NCBI GenBank assembly: GCA_963726085.1
Contig: CAVSAR010000011.1
Coordinates: forward strand, 74,298 to 138,297
Source: an uncultured Pseudomonadota bacterium
GTDB lineage: Bacteria > Pseudomonadota > Gammaproteobacteria > Steroidobacterales > Steroidobacteraceae
DNA: 64,000 nt
Reading direction: 5' to 3'
Positions 19,230-29,213 of this stretch are shown one piece after another. A program made the translations under genes and the position numbers. Within the stretch, counting starts at the first letter, position 1. Each line of letters begins with the position of its first letter. The notes under the pieces were generated by a model. It saw only the letters and a list, made by a program, of their open reading frames with translations, ran no database searches and had not been told where the DNA came from.

Positions 19230-19751
19230 TCAGTGGCTGCCGCCAGGCTTGGGGCGGTGGACCGTTGCAGTAATCCGGTCCAGCACGCCCATGAACACTG
19301 CTGATACGACGAACGTGAGATGGATGATCACGTACCACAGCAGCTTGTCGTTAGCGATCTTGTCCGCGTCCATGAATGCGCGCAGCAGGTGGATCGCCGA
19401 AATCGCGACGATGGAAGTGGCGACCTTGAGCTTCAGTGAGCCGGCGTCGAGCTTGCCCAGCCACTCAAGCTTGTCCTCCTTGCCTTCCATGTCCATCTTT
19501 GACACGAAGTTCTCATAACCCGAAAGCATCACCATCAGGACCAGGCTGGCCACCAGCGCCAGGTCGACCAGCGACAGCACCGACAACACCACGTCCGCTT
19601 CCGACAGCTCCATGATGTGCTGCAACGAGTGCAGCAGTTCGAGGAAGAACTTGATGCCCAGCATCAACAGGGCCAACGAGAGGCCCAGGCAGATGGGAGC
19701 CAGCAACCAGCGGCTGGCGAACAAGGTCCGTTCGATCTGCCTTTCGACCAT
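19230..19751 (-). CDS. YqhA family (UPF0114) membrane protein.
   Basis: 173 aa. [36 protein letters not shown] resembles YqhA. Confidence 0.65.
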   Translation of the reverse strand: MVERQIERTLFASRWLLAPICLGLSLALLMLGIKFFLELLHSLQHIMELSEADVVLSVLSLVDLALVASLVLMVMLSGYENFVSKMDMEGKEDKLEWLGKLDAGSLKLKVATSIVAISAIHLLRAFMDADKIANDKLLWYVIIHLTFVVSAVFMGVLDRITATVHRPKPGGSH

Positions 19752-19755
19752 GTGG

Positions 19756-20565
19756 CTATTCTAGGGACACGGGCTGTCCGCGCGACAGGTTTGTGCCCTC
19801 GCCCTGCAGCGCGTAGGCATTGCGCCCAAACACCACCCCGCGCAGCGCCGCGTCGAATCGATAGCGCTTGAGCGTGGCAATGGGCTCCAGGTCCTGGCTC
19901 GTGCCCACAGCCTGGTCGATCGTTGTGATCACGCAACGGGTGCAGGCCTTGGTCAGGGCCAGCATTACGGTGCCAGCCTTAAGCCGGGTGGCATGGTCTT
20001 CCGCGTACGCAGCGACCCCTTCGAGCAGCACGTTGGGGCGAAAGCGGTTGACCGGCAGATCGCGACCAACGCGCGCGGCAAGGTCATTGATCGACGCCCG
20101 CGACAGCACCAGCAGCGGATAACCGTCGGAGAAGAAATTTGGCACGTCGCGGCCCGCGGTCCAGTCGTTGTTGCTCAGGCGGCGCGTGACCGGATCGAAG
20201 CGCACCAGGCGCAGCGGGCGACCCAGCCAGTCGGACAGGAATGCGGCTACTTCGGCGCCTGCGTCGAAGGCGGCGCAGATCGATTCCCACACCCGCACCG
20301 ACACGCGCTGGCCTTGGTGGCCCAGCGCAATTACCGGTCCTGCTCCGTGTGGATTGCTCAAGCGCAGCGATTGCGCGTCAAGCGCGGTGTGCAGCAAAGC
20401 CAGGCGACTCTCGTCACGCTGGGTGAGGAAGCGGCCGGCCGGGTCGACGATCATCCACTCGCGATCATGCTGCAGGCCACAGGCATCAAGCCGCACGTGG
20501 TCGCAGGCGATTCCGGCCGCGGACTTTACCGGGTAGACAAACAGGCCACCGATCACGGCGCTCAT
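19756..20565 (-). CDS. MOSC domain-containing protein.
   Basis: 269 aa. It has an N-terminal beta-barrel ([10 protein letters not shown]) and a MOSC region with a conserved Cys (ALTKACTRC). Confidence 0.75.
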   Translation of the reverse strand: MSAVIGGLFVYPVKSAAGIACDHVRLDACGLQHDREWMIVDPAGRFLTQRDESRLALLHTALDAQSLRLSNPHGAGPVIALGHQGQRVSVRVWESICAAFDAGAEVAAFLSDWLGRPLRLVRFDPVTRRLSNNDWTAGRDVPNFFSDGYPLLVLSRASINDLAARVGRDLPVNRFRPNVLLEGVAAYAEDHATRLKAGTVMLALTKACTRCVITTIDQAVGTSQDLEPIATLKRYRFDAALRGVVFGRNAYALQGEGTNLSRGQPVSLE

Positions 20566-21050
20566 GCGCCGTGCTTGCCTCCTGCATCGCGACGGCCTTC
20601 CCGTTCGAGCCCTTCGACACAGCGCTCGAGGTAGTTGCGCAGTTCCGCCACTTCCTTGACCGACAGCAGCGACAGCATCTGCGTCATGACCGGCGAACCG
20701 GAAGAGCGTGCGGCATTGAGTCGTTCCTGTCCGGCAGGCATCAGGTACCAGCGATCCGCACGGCGGTTTTGTGGATCGGGTCGACGCTCGACGCAGCCTT
20801 CCTTCTCCAGGCGACGCAATAGCCCGGTCATCGTCTGCGCAGTCACCAGTAGGCGCCGCGCCAATTGGGCGCCCGCGATACCGGGCTCCTGCTGCAACTG
20901 GTCCAGGGTGACGAGGTGGGCGAAAGACACGTCCGAACTGCGGCGCAGCCGCTCGTCCACCAGGTGACGAAACTGGTGCATGAGCCGCTTGAGCAGATAC
21001 CCTATCTGCTCCTCGGGAGTTCGTTGGCCGGTCTTTTGTGAGGTCGCCAT
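20562..21050 (-). CDS. MarR family transcriptional regulator.
   Basis: 162 aa with a winged-helix core (DVSFAHLVTLDQL...LARRLLVTAQTMTGLLRRLEKEG). There is an ATGA overlap with the MOSC gene. It is divergent from the RND adaptor gene. Confidence 0.8.
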   Translation of the reverse strand: MATSQKTGQRTPEEQIGYLLKRLMHQFRHLVDERLRRSSDVSFAHLVTLDQLQQEPGIAGAQLARRLLVTAQTMTGLLRRLEKEGCVERRPDPQNRRADRWYLMPAGQERLNAARSSGSPVMTQMLSLLSVKEVAELRNYLERCVEGLEREGRRDAGGKHGA

Positions 21051-21086
21051 CAGCCGAAATTTTCAGACTTGCTTAATGTAAGGTCA

Positions 21087-21115
21087 CTGATAATATATCA
21101 GGGACCTGATATCAG
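21087..21115. promoter_or_regulatory. Candidate MarR operator: two adjacent palindromes in the AT-rich divergent promoter region.
   Basis: CTGATAataTATCAG (21087-21101) and CTGATATCAG (21106-21115) share CTGATA/TATCAG half-sites. They sit in a locally AT-rich island between the marR-like gene and the efflux adaptor gene. Confidence 0.35.
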
Positions 21116-21167
21116 ACAAGCCGAGTATTTCATGCGGACGGGAAGCGCTCCATCTTTGCGACAGCGG

Positions 21168-22271
21168 ATGTCGGTTAAAGTTCTTTTAATGTGCGCCGGC
21201 GTGGCCGTCGTGCTCGCCAGTGGCTGCAGCCGCGGGTCCCAGGGCGGCGGCAACAAGGACGGCGCCAAGCCGGCCGCCGCGCCCGTCGCGGCAATGACCA
21301 TCACCACAACCAAGGTGCGCAGCGAGGTCGTGGTGCGCACCGTGCCGGCCACCGGCACCATCTACCCGTGGCAGGAAGTGATCGTGGGCGCCGAGGTCGG
21401 CGGCTATCGCGTGTCCGAGGTCCTCGTGGATGTCGGGACCAAGGTCAAGCAGGGCCAGGTGCTGGTGCGCCTGTCGGGCGACATGTTGCAGGCGGACCTG
21501 GATTCCAAGCGCGCCGCCATGCGCAGTGCTGAGGCTGCCGAGGCGAATTCCTCCGCCGCCCTGCGCCGCGGCGCATCGGTGTCCAGCTCCGGCGCGCTGT
21601 CTGCGGCGGATCTTGATAAATTGAAGGCCGACGAGATTGCCGCACAGGCGCGAGTCGATACCTCCAGCGCCGACCTGCGCACCGCCGAACTTCGCGCGCG
21701 GTACGCGGCGGTGACTGCGCCGGACAGCGGCACCATCACCTCGCGCACCGTCAGCGTTGGCCAGATCGCCCAGGCCGGCGCCGAGATGCTGCGCATGCTG
21801 CGGCAGAACCGGGTCGAGTGGCGCGCGGAGATTCCCGAGTCGCTGTTGTCGCGCATTCAGATTGGTCAGCTCGCCACTGTGACCGCGGTGGATGGCACCA
21901 CGGTGAACGGCAAGGTGCGCGCCGTCGCGCCGACCGTGCAGGCATCCAACCGCACCGGCCTGGTCTACGTCGATATCGTTGGTGGCGACGCGCGGCCCGG
22001 AATGTTCGCGCGCGGCGAGATTGCCGCGGGCAAGGGCCCGGCGCTGCTGGTTCCCGTGACCAGCGTGGTGATGCAGGACGGATACAGCTACGTGTTTGTG
22101 CTCAAGGACAGGAACGTCGTCGAACGCCGCCGCGTGCAGCAGGTCGGCGTGCGCGGCGACAACATGGAGGTCGCCGAAGGCGTTGCCGCCGGTGATGTCG
22201 TCGCCGTGAAGGGCGCCGGCTTCCTCAAGGACGGCGATACAGTGCGCCTGGGCGACGCGGCGGCGCCATGA
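21168..22271 (+). CDS. Efflux RND transporter periplasmic adaptor subunit (lipoprotein).
   Basis: Start MSVKVLLMCAGVAVVLASGCS includes a lipobox. The coiled-coil and barrel regions are typical of HlyD/AcrA-like adaptors. The stop overlaps the RND permease start. Confidence 0.8.
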   Translation: MSVKVLLMCAGVAVVLASGCSRGSQGGGNKDGAKPAAAPVAAMTITTTKVRSEVVVRTVPATGTIYPWQEVIVGAEVGGYRVSEVLVDVGTKVKQGQVLVRLSGDMLQADLDSKRAAMRSAEAAEANSSAALRRGASVSSSGALSAADLDKLKADEIAAQARVDTSSADLRTAELRARYAAVTAPDSGTITSRTVSVGQIAQAGAEMLRMLRQNRVEWRAEIPESLLSRIQIGQLATVTAVDGTTVNGKVRAVAPTVQASNRTGLVYVDIVGGDARPGMFARGEIAAGKGPALLVPVTSVVMQDGYSYVFVLKDRNVVERRRVQQVGVRGDNMEVAEGVAAGDVVAVKGAGFLKDGDTVRLGDAAAP

Positions 22272-25200
22272 ATTTCGTCACATGGTCAATCCGGAACCCG
22301 GTCCCGGTGATCATGATGTTCGTTGCGCTGATCGTCGGCGGCATCTGGGGCTTCAAGAAGCTCCCAGTGCAGGACCTGCCGGACATCAGCGCCCCGTTTG
22401 TCTCCGTCAGCATCAGCTACGCGGGTACGCCACCGACGCAGATGGAGACCGAAGTAACGCGCAAGGTCGAGGATGCGATCTCCACTCTGATCGGCATCAA
22501 GCGCATCACCTCCAACATCAGCACCGGCAACTCGCAGACCTTCATCGAGTTCGATTTCAAGACCGACATGTCGCAGGCCATGGACGATGTGCGTGACGCG
22601 GTCACGCGCATCCGCCCGGACCTGCCGCTGGACGCCACCGAGCCGTACATCTCGCGGGTCACGATCGCCGGGGATCCGGTGCTGTCCTTTGCCGTCAGTT
22701 CTGACCGCTTCACGGACACGGAGCTGTCCTGGTTCGTCGACCTCAACGTGATGCGCTTCATCAGCGGCGTCAACGGTGTTGGCCAGGTAAACCGCATCGG
22801 CGGCGTGACGCGCGAGGTTCGCGTCGACCTGGACCCGGATCGGATGGCCGCGCTGGGCGTAACCGCGGGGGAAGTCTCCTCGCAGCTGGTGCGCACGCAG
22901 GTGGAGCTGCCAGGCGGGGAAATGCGCATTGGCTCGCAGGAACAAAGCGTGCGCACGCTGGGCACCATTGGCTCCATCCAGGAACTGGCTGCATTGCCCA
23001 TCCCGCTGGTTGATGGACGCACCACGCGACTGGATGCCATAGCCGACGTTAAGGACCAGGCGGCCGAAGTCCGCCAGGTGGCCATGCTCGATGGCAAGCC
23101 GGTAATCGGCTTTCGCGTGATGCGCGCGTGGGGCGAAGGCGCGGTCGAGGTGGCCGACGGCACGCGCAAGGCCATCGAGCAACTGCGCCTGCGCTATCCG
23201 CAGATCAAGATCACCGAGATCAACAATATCCAGGACAAGGAGGTGCGCCAGAGCTTCCGCAACTCCATGACCATGCTGCTGGAAGGCGCCATTCTCGCGA
23301 TCATCGTGGTGTGGTTCTTCCTGCGTGACATCCGCGCCACGCTGATTTCCGCAGCGGCGCTGCCGCTGGCCGTGCTGCCGACATTCTGGGCGCTGCACAC
23401 CTTCGGCTTCACCATGAACACGCTGACAATGCTCGCACTGACGCTGGTGGTGGGCATGCTGGTCGACGATGCCATCGTCGAGGTCGAGAACATCGTGCGC
23501 CACCTGCGCATGGGCAAGCCGCCGCTGCAGGCCGCCACCGACGCGGCCATCGAGATCGGCCTGGCCGTCGTGGCGACGTCGCTGACGTTGTGCGCCGTGT
23601 TCGTCCCCGTGTCCTTCATGAGTGGCATACCCGGTGAATTGTTCAAGCCCTTTGGCTTTACCGCCGCCATTGCCGTGCTGTTCTCGCTGCTGGTGGCGCG
23701 CACGCTGACGCCGATGATGGCCTCGAAGTTCATGCGGGCCGCCGAGCACGGTGACGAGGCGGGCCGCTTCAAGCTCTGGTACCTAGATAAGGTCCGTTGG
23801 GTGTTGCAGCACCGCTGGAAGACACTGGCGGTGTCCACCGCAGTGATGCTCGCGACCTTTTGGCTGGCCACCACCCTGCCGACCGGCTTCTCGCCGAGCC
23901 AGGATTTCGGGTTCGTGAACCTCAACGTCGACCTGCCGCCCGGCTCCAGGATGCAGGACACGCAGGACACCGCCGAGGCGGTCCGGCAGCGACTGGGCAA
24001 GTACAGTGAAGTCGTACACGTGTTCGCGTTGATCAACCCGCAGAGCGCCAGCATGTTCATCACGCTGCGCGATCGCAAGGAGCGCCATCGCACGCAGCAA
24101 CAGCTGCAGAATCTCATCGTGAAGGACATGAGCGGGATTCCCGGAGCGCGCATCCGCAGCGGCCAGGGCGGCAGCCCCGGCAGCGGTCCGGTACAGATCG
24201 AGCTGACCGGCGACGACTCCGCGGTCGTGGCCACGACGGCCGCTCAGGTGGAGCGCGAGATCCGCGCCCTTCCCGGCTTCTCCAACGTCTCCACCAGCGC
24301 CAGCCTGTTGCAGCCGGAACTGGTCATCCGGCCGCGTCCCGACCGGGCTGCCGAGCTGGGCGTGACCACCGCGGCCATAAGCCTGGCCACGCGCATTGCC
24401 ACCAGTGGCGACATCACCAACAACCTGGCCAAGCTGAACCTGCCGGACCGCCAGATCCCGATACGCGTGCGGCTCAACGACTCGGCGCGCTCGAACATCG
24501 ACCAGATCAAGCTGCTAAACGTGCCATCGCGCTTCGGCCCGGTGCCGCTGATGAACGTGGCGGACGTCTCGTTTGGCGCAGGACCCTCGCAGATCACCCG
24601 TTACAACCGCAGCCGCAACATCACCGTCACTGCTGACCGCGGCACCCAGGCACTGGGTGATGCCAATGCCGCGATCAGCAACCTGCCCACGATGAAAAAC
24701 CTGCCGCCTGGCATTCGTACCGTGGACACCGGCGATTCGGAAATCATGCGCGACATCTTTACCGGCTTTGGCGTGGCAATGGTAATCGGCATCTTCTGTA
24801 TCTACGCACTGCTGGTGCTGCTGTTCCATGACGTGCTGCAACCCATCACCATCCTGTCGGCACTGCCGCCGTCGGTGGGTGGCGCGATCGTGGCGCTGTT
24901 CGTCTTTCGGATGGAGCTGTCGCTGCCGGCGCTGCTGGGCGTGCTGACCCTGATGGGCATAGTGACCAAGAATTCCATCCTGCTGGTGGAGTACGCCGTC
25001 ATGGCGCGCCGCGAACATGGCCTGAATCGCTTCGACGCGTTGCTGGATGCCTGCTCCAAGCGCGCCCGCCCCATCGTGATGACCACCATCGCAATGGCGG
25101 CCGGCATGATGCCCATGACCCTGGGCCTGTCGGGCGACTCGGCGTTCAGTGGGCCCATGGGTGCCTCGGTGATCGGCGGGCTCATAGCCTCGACAGCGCT

Positions 25201-25312
25201 TTCGCTGTTCGTCGTGCCCGTGATCTACACGATGTTTGATGACCTTGAACACTGGTTCAAGAAGAAGTTCTCGCGCTCACCACGGCTAGCAGCAGCCGTG
25301 GATGCTTCGTAA
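22268..25312 (+). CDS. Efflux RND transporter permease subunit (AcrB/HAE-like).
   Basis: 1014 aa. MNFVTWSIRNPVPVIMMF with 12 TM helices and two large periplasmic loops. No outer-membrane factor gene is adjacent. Confidence 0.9.
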   Translation: MNFVTWSIRNPVPVIMMFVALIVGGIWGFKKLPVQDLPDISAPFVSVSISYAGTPPTQMETEVTRKVEDAISTLIGIKRITSNISTGNSQTFIEFDFKTDMSQAMDDVRDAVTRIRPDLPLDATEPYISRVTIAGDPVLSFAVSSDRFTDTELSWFVDLNVMRFISGVNGVGQVNRIGGVTREVRVDLDPDRMAALGVTAGEVSSQLVRTQVELPGGEMRIGSQEQSVRTLGTIGSIQELAALPIPLVDGRTTRLDAIADVKDQAAEVRQVAMLDGKPVIGFRVMRAWGEGAVEVADGTRKAIEQLRLRYPQIKITEINNIQDKEVRQSFRNSMTMLLEGAILAIIVVWFFLRDIRATLISAAALPLAVLPTFWALHTFGFTMNTLTMLALTLVVGMLVDDAIVEVENIVRHLRMGKPPLQAATDAAIEIGLAVVATSLTLCAVFVPVSFMSGIPGELFKPFGFTAAIAVLFSLLVARTLTPMMASKFMRAAEHGDEAGRFKLWYLDKVRWVLQHRWKTLAVSTAVMLATFWLATTLPTGFSPSQDFGFVNLNVDLPPGSRMQDTQDTAEAVRQRLGKYSEVVHVFALINPQSASMFITLRDRKERHRTQQQLQNLIVKDMSGIPGARIRSGQGGSPGSGPVQIELTGDDSAVVATTAAQVEREIRALPGFSNVSTSASLLQPELVIRPRPDRAAELGVTTAAISLATRIATSGDITNNLAKLNLPDRQIPIRVRLNDSARSNIDQIKLLNVPSRFGPVPLMNVADVSFGAGPSQITRYNRSRNITVTADRGTQALGDANAAISNLPTMKNLPPGIRTVDTGDSEIMRDIFTGFGVAMVIGIFCIYALLVLLFHDVLQPITILSALPPSVGGAIVALFVFRMELSLPALLGVLTLMGIVTKNSILLVEYAVMARREHGLNRFDALLDACSKRARPIVMTTIAMAAGMMPMTLGLSGDSAFSGPMGASVIGGLIASTALSLFVVPVIYTMFDDLEHWFKKKFSRSPRLAAAVDAS

Positions 25313-25400
25313 TTCCGGCGCCGGCGCCGCGCCTCGGGCCCGGGACTGCGCACCCCGACCGGCCTCGTCCAATGTCCGCCACGATGAATGAAGCGACCAG

Positions 25401-27398
25401 CTACTTGGTACTGCCGGCAGACAGGCGCACCCCGATGTAGGCCGTCGTGCCGGGGGTCTGGTTGCCAAGAACTTCCTGGTAGTTGGCGTCGAACAGGTTT
25501 TCCACCCGCCCCAGCACTTCAAACCGGGGCGTGACTTTGTAGCTGGCAACCAGACGAACCAGGGTGTAAGCCGGCATATTGGTCTTCAACACCACGTAGT
25601 TGGGCAGGCCATACTGTCGGTAGTCGTTGTCGTAGTGTTCACCGTTGTACGTTACCCCCATGGTCAGTCGCACCTTCGCCCCCGGGTGCCAGGTGCCATC
25701 AAGGGCCGCCTGATTCTTGGGGCGACTGACTTCCACAGTCGGGGGGTTGCCTTCCATGGCGCGCAGGTAAGTGTACGAACCCACGACGTCGAAGTCGGCT
25801 GTCGGGGATAGGCGCGCGTACAACTCCATCCCTTCACGCGCGCTCTCGCCGGTGTCGTTGCAGCTCGACGGGTAGCAGGAAACTATCTCATCGTGCAGCG
25901 CCGAATTGAAGTACGTGAGATCAACCAGCGCACGACCATCGGCAAACTTCTGCTCGACACCCAGATCCCATCCCTTGGCGCTTTCGGGCTTGAGGTCCGG
26001 ATTGCCGACGAAGGTTCCAGGGTCGAATCCGAACTGTTCATAGAAGCTTGGGTTGGTCACGCCTTTGCCATAGCTGGCGTGCAGCCGGGTACCGGTGGCC
26101 TTGACTACCCAGGACGCTGCCAGCGAATACGTATCGGCATTGTCGAATTTGTCATTGTCATCGTAGCGATAGGACCCGGAGAGATACAGCTGCCCGGCAA
26201 TCTGCAGCTGGTCCTCCACGCCCACACCGACCAGCTCCCTGGTCTGGGCCTCCCGCTGCGTTGGCGAGAACGGATGCGTGTTCTGGAACGACTCCTTCTT
26301 GCTTTCGGCAAACCCGGTCAATGTGTTGCCGAGGCTCGCGGAGCCGGATTTAACCGACGACTGCAGCCCGTATTTCACGCGATAGGCCTGGTCGCCGAAC
26401 TCGTCCCCGGGAATGCCGTCCCTGCCTTCAGCGTGATTGTGGGTGTAATTCGCGTATGCCGTGGTCAACCACTTGTCATCCAGAAGGGACAAGGTGCCCG
26501 ATCCGGCCAGGTTGTATGATTGTGTCGAGGTCTGGCTGGCATCGTCGTAGGTCTCGCCCTGTCGCCCCGCAATGAATGAGAAGTCGAAGCCATCGGTCTG
26601 TGCCCTGGAATCCACGTAACGCGCAAAGCCATCGAATCTCAGATTGGGCGTGACCTTCACCCCTGAACTCACATAGCCGGTGACGTTCCTGTACCCCTCT
26701 TTGTCGCCGGTGACGCCGGGCGGGCCGTTGATGGCACCCAATGCGGAAATGTCAAAGCCATCGGTGTCGATAAACCCAGCCCCGCCGCCGAAGTAGTAGT
26801 CCCCATTGCCGAACCCGCCGCCGCCCAGCAGCGTGGTCGTGTTGAACGAACCGTATTCACCCGAGGCGTCGTAATACCCGCCGTTGGTGTCCTTCGGCGT
26901 CAGGATATTGATGACTCCCGCCAGTGCATTGGAGCCGTAGAGACCACTTTGCGGACCGCGCAGCACCTCGATGCGATCTATGTTCACCGCCAGCAGTGTT
27001 GAAAGATCTGTCTCGCCCTGACCAGCGTCCGACACATCCACACCATTGAACAGCACCAGCGTGTGATTGCCCTCGGCGCCACGCGTGCGGACCTGTGTCA
27101 GGCCGCCGTAGGAGCCGGTGCGGGTGACGGCCAGTCCCGGCACCTGCCGCAGTACATCAGATACGTAGTTATAGCCGCCGTCGTCGATCTGCTGGCCTGG
27201 CACCACCGTCAGGGAATTGCCAATCTTCTCGTACTCCGTGGGAATCGTCGTCGCCGTGACCACTATCTGGCCCAATGCGGATTGCGCTTCGACGATTGGC
27301 GCCTGCGCGAAGGCGGCACCTGCACAGCCCAGGATCAGGCACCCCAGGACCAGCCGGAATGCCGACAAAGCACCGGCGCTTGAACGGCGGACGGACAT
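25401..27398 (-). CDS. btuB: TonB-dependent receptor, probably the cobalamin receptor BtuB.
   Basis: Start MSVRRSSAGALSAFRLVLGCLILGCAGAAFAQA (cat 27396-27398) gives a signal peptide. A TonB box-like QIVVTATT is present, and the protein ends in a C-terminal Phe-containing barrel. It lies directly downstream of a cobalamin riboswitch. Confidence 0.8.
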   Translation of the reverse strand: MSVRRSSAGALSAFRLVLGCLILGCAGAAFAQAPIVEAQSALGQIVVTATTIPTEYEKIGNSLTVVPGQQIDDGGYNYVSDVLRQVPGLAVTRTGSYGGLTQVRTRGAEGNHTLVLFNGVDVSDAGQGETDLSTLLAVNIDRIEVLRGPQSGLYGSNALAGVINILTPKDTNGGYYDASGEYGSFNTTTLLGGGGFGNGDYYFGGGAGFIDTDGFDISALGAINGPPGVTGDKEGYRNVTGYVSSGVKVTPNLRFDGFARYVDSRAQTDGFDFSFIAGRQGETYDDASQTSTQSYNLAGSGTLSLLDDKWLTTAYANYTHNHAEGRDGIPGDEFGDQAYRVKYGLQSSVKSGSASLGNTLTGFAESKKESFQNTHPFSPTQREAQTRELVGVGVEDQLQIAGQLYLSGSYRYDDNDKFDNADTYSLAASWVVKATGTRLHASYGKGVTNPSFYEQFGFDPGTFVGNPDLKPESAKGWDLGVEQKFADGRALVDLTYFNSALHDEIVSCYPSSCNDTGESAREGMELYARLSPTADFDVVGSYTYLRAMEGNPPTVEVSRPKNQAALDGTWHPGAKVRLTMGVTYNGEHYDNDYRQYGLPNYVVLKTNMPAYTLVRLVASYKVTPRFEVLGRVENLFDANYQEVLGNQTPGTTAYIGVRLSAGSTK

Positions 27399-27727
27399 GG
27401 CATCGGACTTGACTATTTTGTTGCGCTCGACAGGTCCAGCTTCGCCATCGCGCCTTGTCATGGCCACCGCGCCCTGCTCGGCCGGTGACTTGAGCCGAAA
27501 TTCTGATGTCCTGTGACCACCCTGATTTGGCGCGGCGGCGCTCTCGATTTGCATTTTTTTTACTACCAGCTCCGAACAGGGGCTGACGTAGGCTGGATGC
27601 AAGGACAGCAGACGCGGAGGGCAAGCCCACCACGTGCCGGCCGCTCCTCCCACGAGAGCCCGACAAACTTCTCGCCCCAGGGACAGGAGCCCCTGAAGTG
27701 GCCGCGGCAGGTCTTCGGACTCTCGGG

Positions 27728-27910
27728 TGGGCCGGCTGACGCCGGTTTGCCTACTGGGCGCACTTCCCAGGAGCTTCACTAGCTCCCAGTGTTTTCTCGC
27801 TGTTCGTTCCCGATTACCGCTGCGGGACAGTTCCGGATTACTTCGCAAGAAGTCACCGGATTCCCTATTAAGCTGGCCATGCACGTTCTGCATGGCCCGG
27901 CACCGCTAAC
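27728..27910 (-). ncRNA. Cobalamin (AdoCbl) riboswitch.
   Basis: The minus-strand sequence GGTGCCGGGCCATGCAGAACGTGCATGGCCAGCTTAATAGGGAATCCGGTGA...AATCCGGAACTGTCCCGCAGCGGTAATCGGGAAC...CACTGGGAGC...CTCCTGGGAAGTG...AAACCGGCGTCAGCCGGCC matches the conserved core of the E. coli btuB leader (AAUAGGGAAUCCAGUG...GCGCAGCGGUAAGG...GAAGACCUGCCGGCC) and the B12 box. It is 5' of the TonB-dependent receptor gene. Confidence 0.8.
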
Positions 27911-28001
27911 GCCCTCAAGATATTGTGGTCGTTCGTTCGAGTCAACGGGAATCTGGCGACCAGCTTGGCGCGCGCCCGCGAGTAACCGTTCAGCGGTCCG
28001 G

Positions 28002-29213
28002 TCAGCTCCAGATGCGGACAAACAAAAAGAATGCGCCCACGCCTGCAAGACCGGCAGCTGCCACATCAGCCGCAAGCGTACGCAACGCTGCCAATTTTCT
28101 TCGCTGCAGCAGCGCTATCGCGACAAGGGCTGCGCCGAAAATCAGTGCCTGGGCCAACACAGCGCCGATGTCGAATCCAGCCTGCATTCGCACGGCCGCG
28201 GGAAGCGAGAAGTGCGCTCCCGGCAGCATTGAAGAGAGCAGGAAGCCGTCGAGGAACCCGAACGCGACTGCGAGCGCCACCCAGACGACATCCCGACGAT
28301 CGTACCAGTGCGATAGCACCAGGAAGCCGCCCGAGAATGCCGCCGCTCCCATCAGGAACAGCGCCGTCAGCACGGCTCCCTGTAACGTCGCTCCCAGCGC
28401 AACCAGCAGTAAAAGGCCGCTCCAAGACATTACCAGGGCCCTGTTGTGCTGGAGCGCCTGACGCCGTGCCATCGTCAGGCCGAGAATCGCCACCAGCAGG
28501 CCCAGGAACGCCTCGACGAAGTTGATGCGTGGCAGCACCAATCCACCGGAGGACAGGGCCAATGACGACAGGTAGCCCAATAGCAGCGCCGCGATCACTA
28601 TGCCGGCATCGCGCCTCCGGCGAACGAGCATTGCCGCACCCACGAGGAAGCCAATTTGCACCGCACTGCGCAGCACATGCATGCCGCCGAGACCTACATA
28701 TTTCGACAACCGGGCCGGCGGTGGCAGTCCAAGTGCTGCTACCGGGATTTGCCGGTCCGAGGAGGTAAATATCTGGTCGACCGTTTGCCCCTGCCGCTGG
28801 ATGTGCGCGAAATTGACATGGCCGGGAACGCGATCGAACAACACCTCATCGCGCAATACCATGGCGCCGGCTACCGGGCACTGAAAAAAGATCTCGAATC
28901 CGTATTGGTCCGATCCCACTTCCAGCGGATCAACCTTGCCCAGATCGTATCCCTGATCAATGGCGGGGCAATCCATGGCACCAGAATTCACCGCCGCGTG
29001 CTGAAGCACATAGTCGCCCAGTTCTCGTACGGACAAGGTCGGCAGGTCGGTGCCGACCAGGCGTTCGGCCTCGCTGGCTGGAAGCAGGAACTGCAAGGTC
29101 ACCAGGCGCCCGGACAGCGTCCAGGTCGAATAGCTGGTGCTAGTGCCGGTGGCGTGGACACTGGGCGACAGCAACATGAACAGGCACAGTCCTGGCAACG
29201 CCAGCGGTTTCAT
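28002..29213 (-). CDS. HupE/UreJ family protein (putative Ni/Co transporter with an N-terminal periplasmic domain).
   Basis: 403 aa. Signal peptide MKPLALPGLCLFMLLSPSVHA, then an ~170 aa soluble domain, then about 6 TM helices rich in Gly/Ala/Leu. This resembles the HupE_UreJ_2 architecture. It is a recognition call. Confidence 0.45.
   Translation of the reverse strand: MKPLALPGLCLFMLLSPSVHATGTSTSYSTWTLSGRLVTLQFLLPASEAERLVGTDLPTLSVRELGDYVLQHAAVNSGAMDCPAIDQGYDLGKVDPLEVGSDQYGFEIFFQCPVAGAMVLRDEVLFDRVPGHVNFAHIQRQGQTVDQIFTSSDRQIPVAALGLPPPARLSKYVGLGGMHVLRSAVQIGFLVGAAMLVRRRRDAGIVIAALLLGYLSSLALSSGGLVLPRINFVEAFLGLLVAILGLTMARRQALQHNRALVMSWSGLLLLVALGATLQGAVLTALFLMGAAAFSGGFLVLSHWYDRRDVVWVALAVAFGFLDGFLLSSMLPGAHFSLPAAVRMQAGFDIGAVLAQALIFGAALVAIALLQRRKLAALRTLAADVAAAGLAGVGAFFLFVRIWS

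Noticed and set aside
22286-23749. 487 aa antisense ORF inside the RND permease gene. Similar antisense ORFs occur inside the other RND genes (for example 53360..54652 and 49524..50426).
   Set aside because: They are artefacts of high GC content on the strand opposite well-supported approximately 1000 aa permease genes.
25313-25400. GC palindrome GGCGCCGGCGCC downstream of the RND permease, considered as a bidirectional terminator between convergent genes.
   Set aside because: The palindrome is self-complementary with no loop and no flanking U/A tract, so I did not call a terminator.
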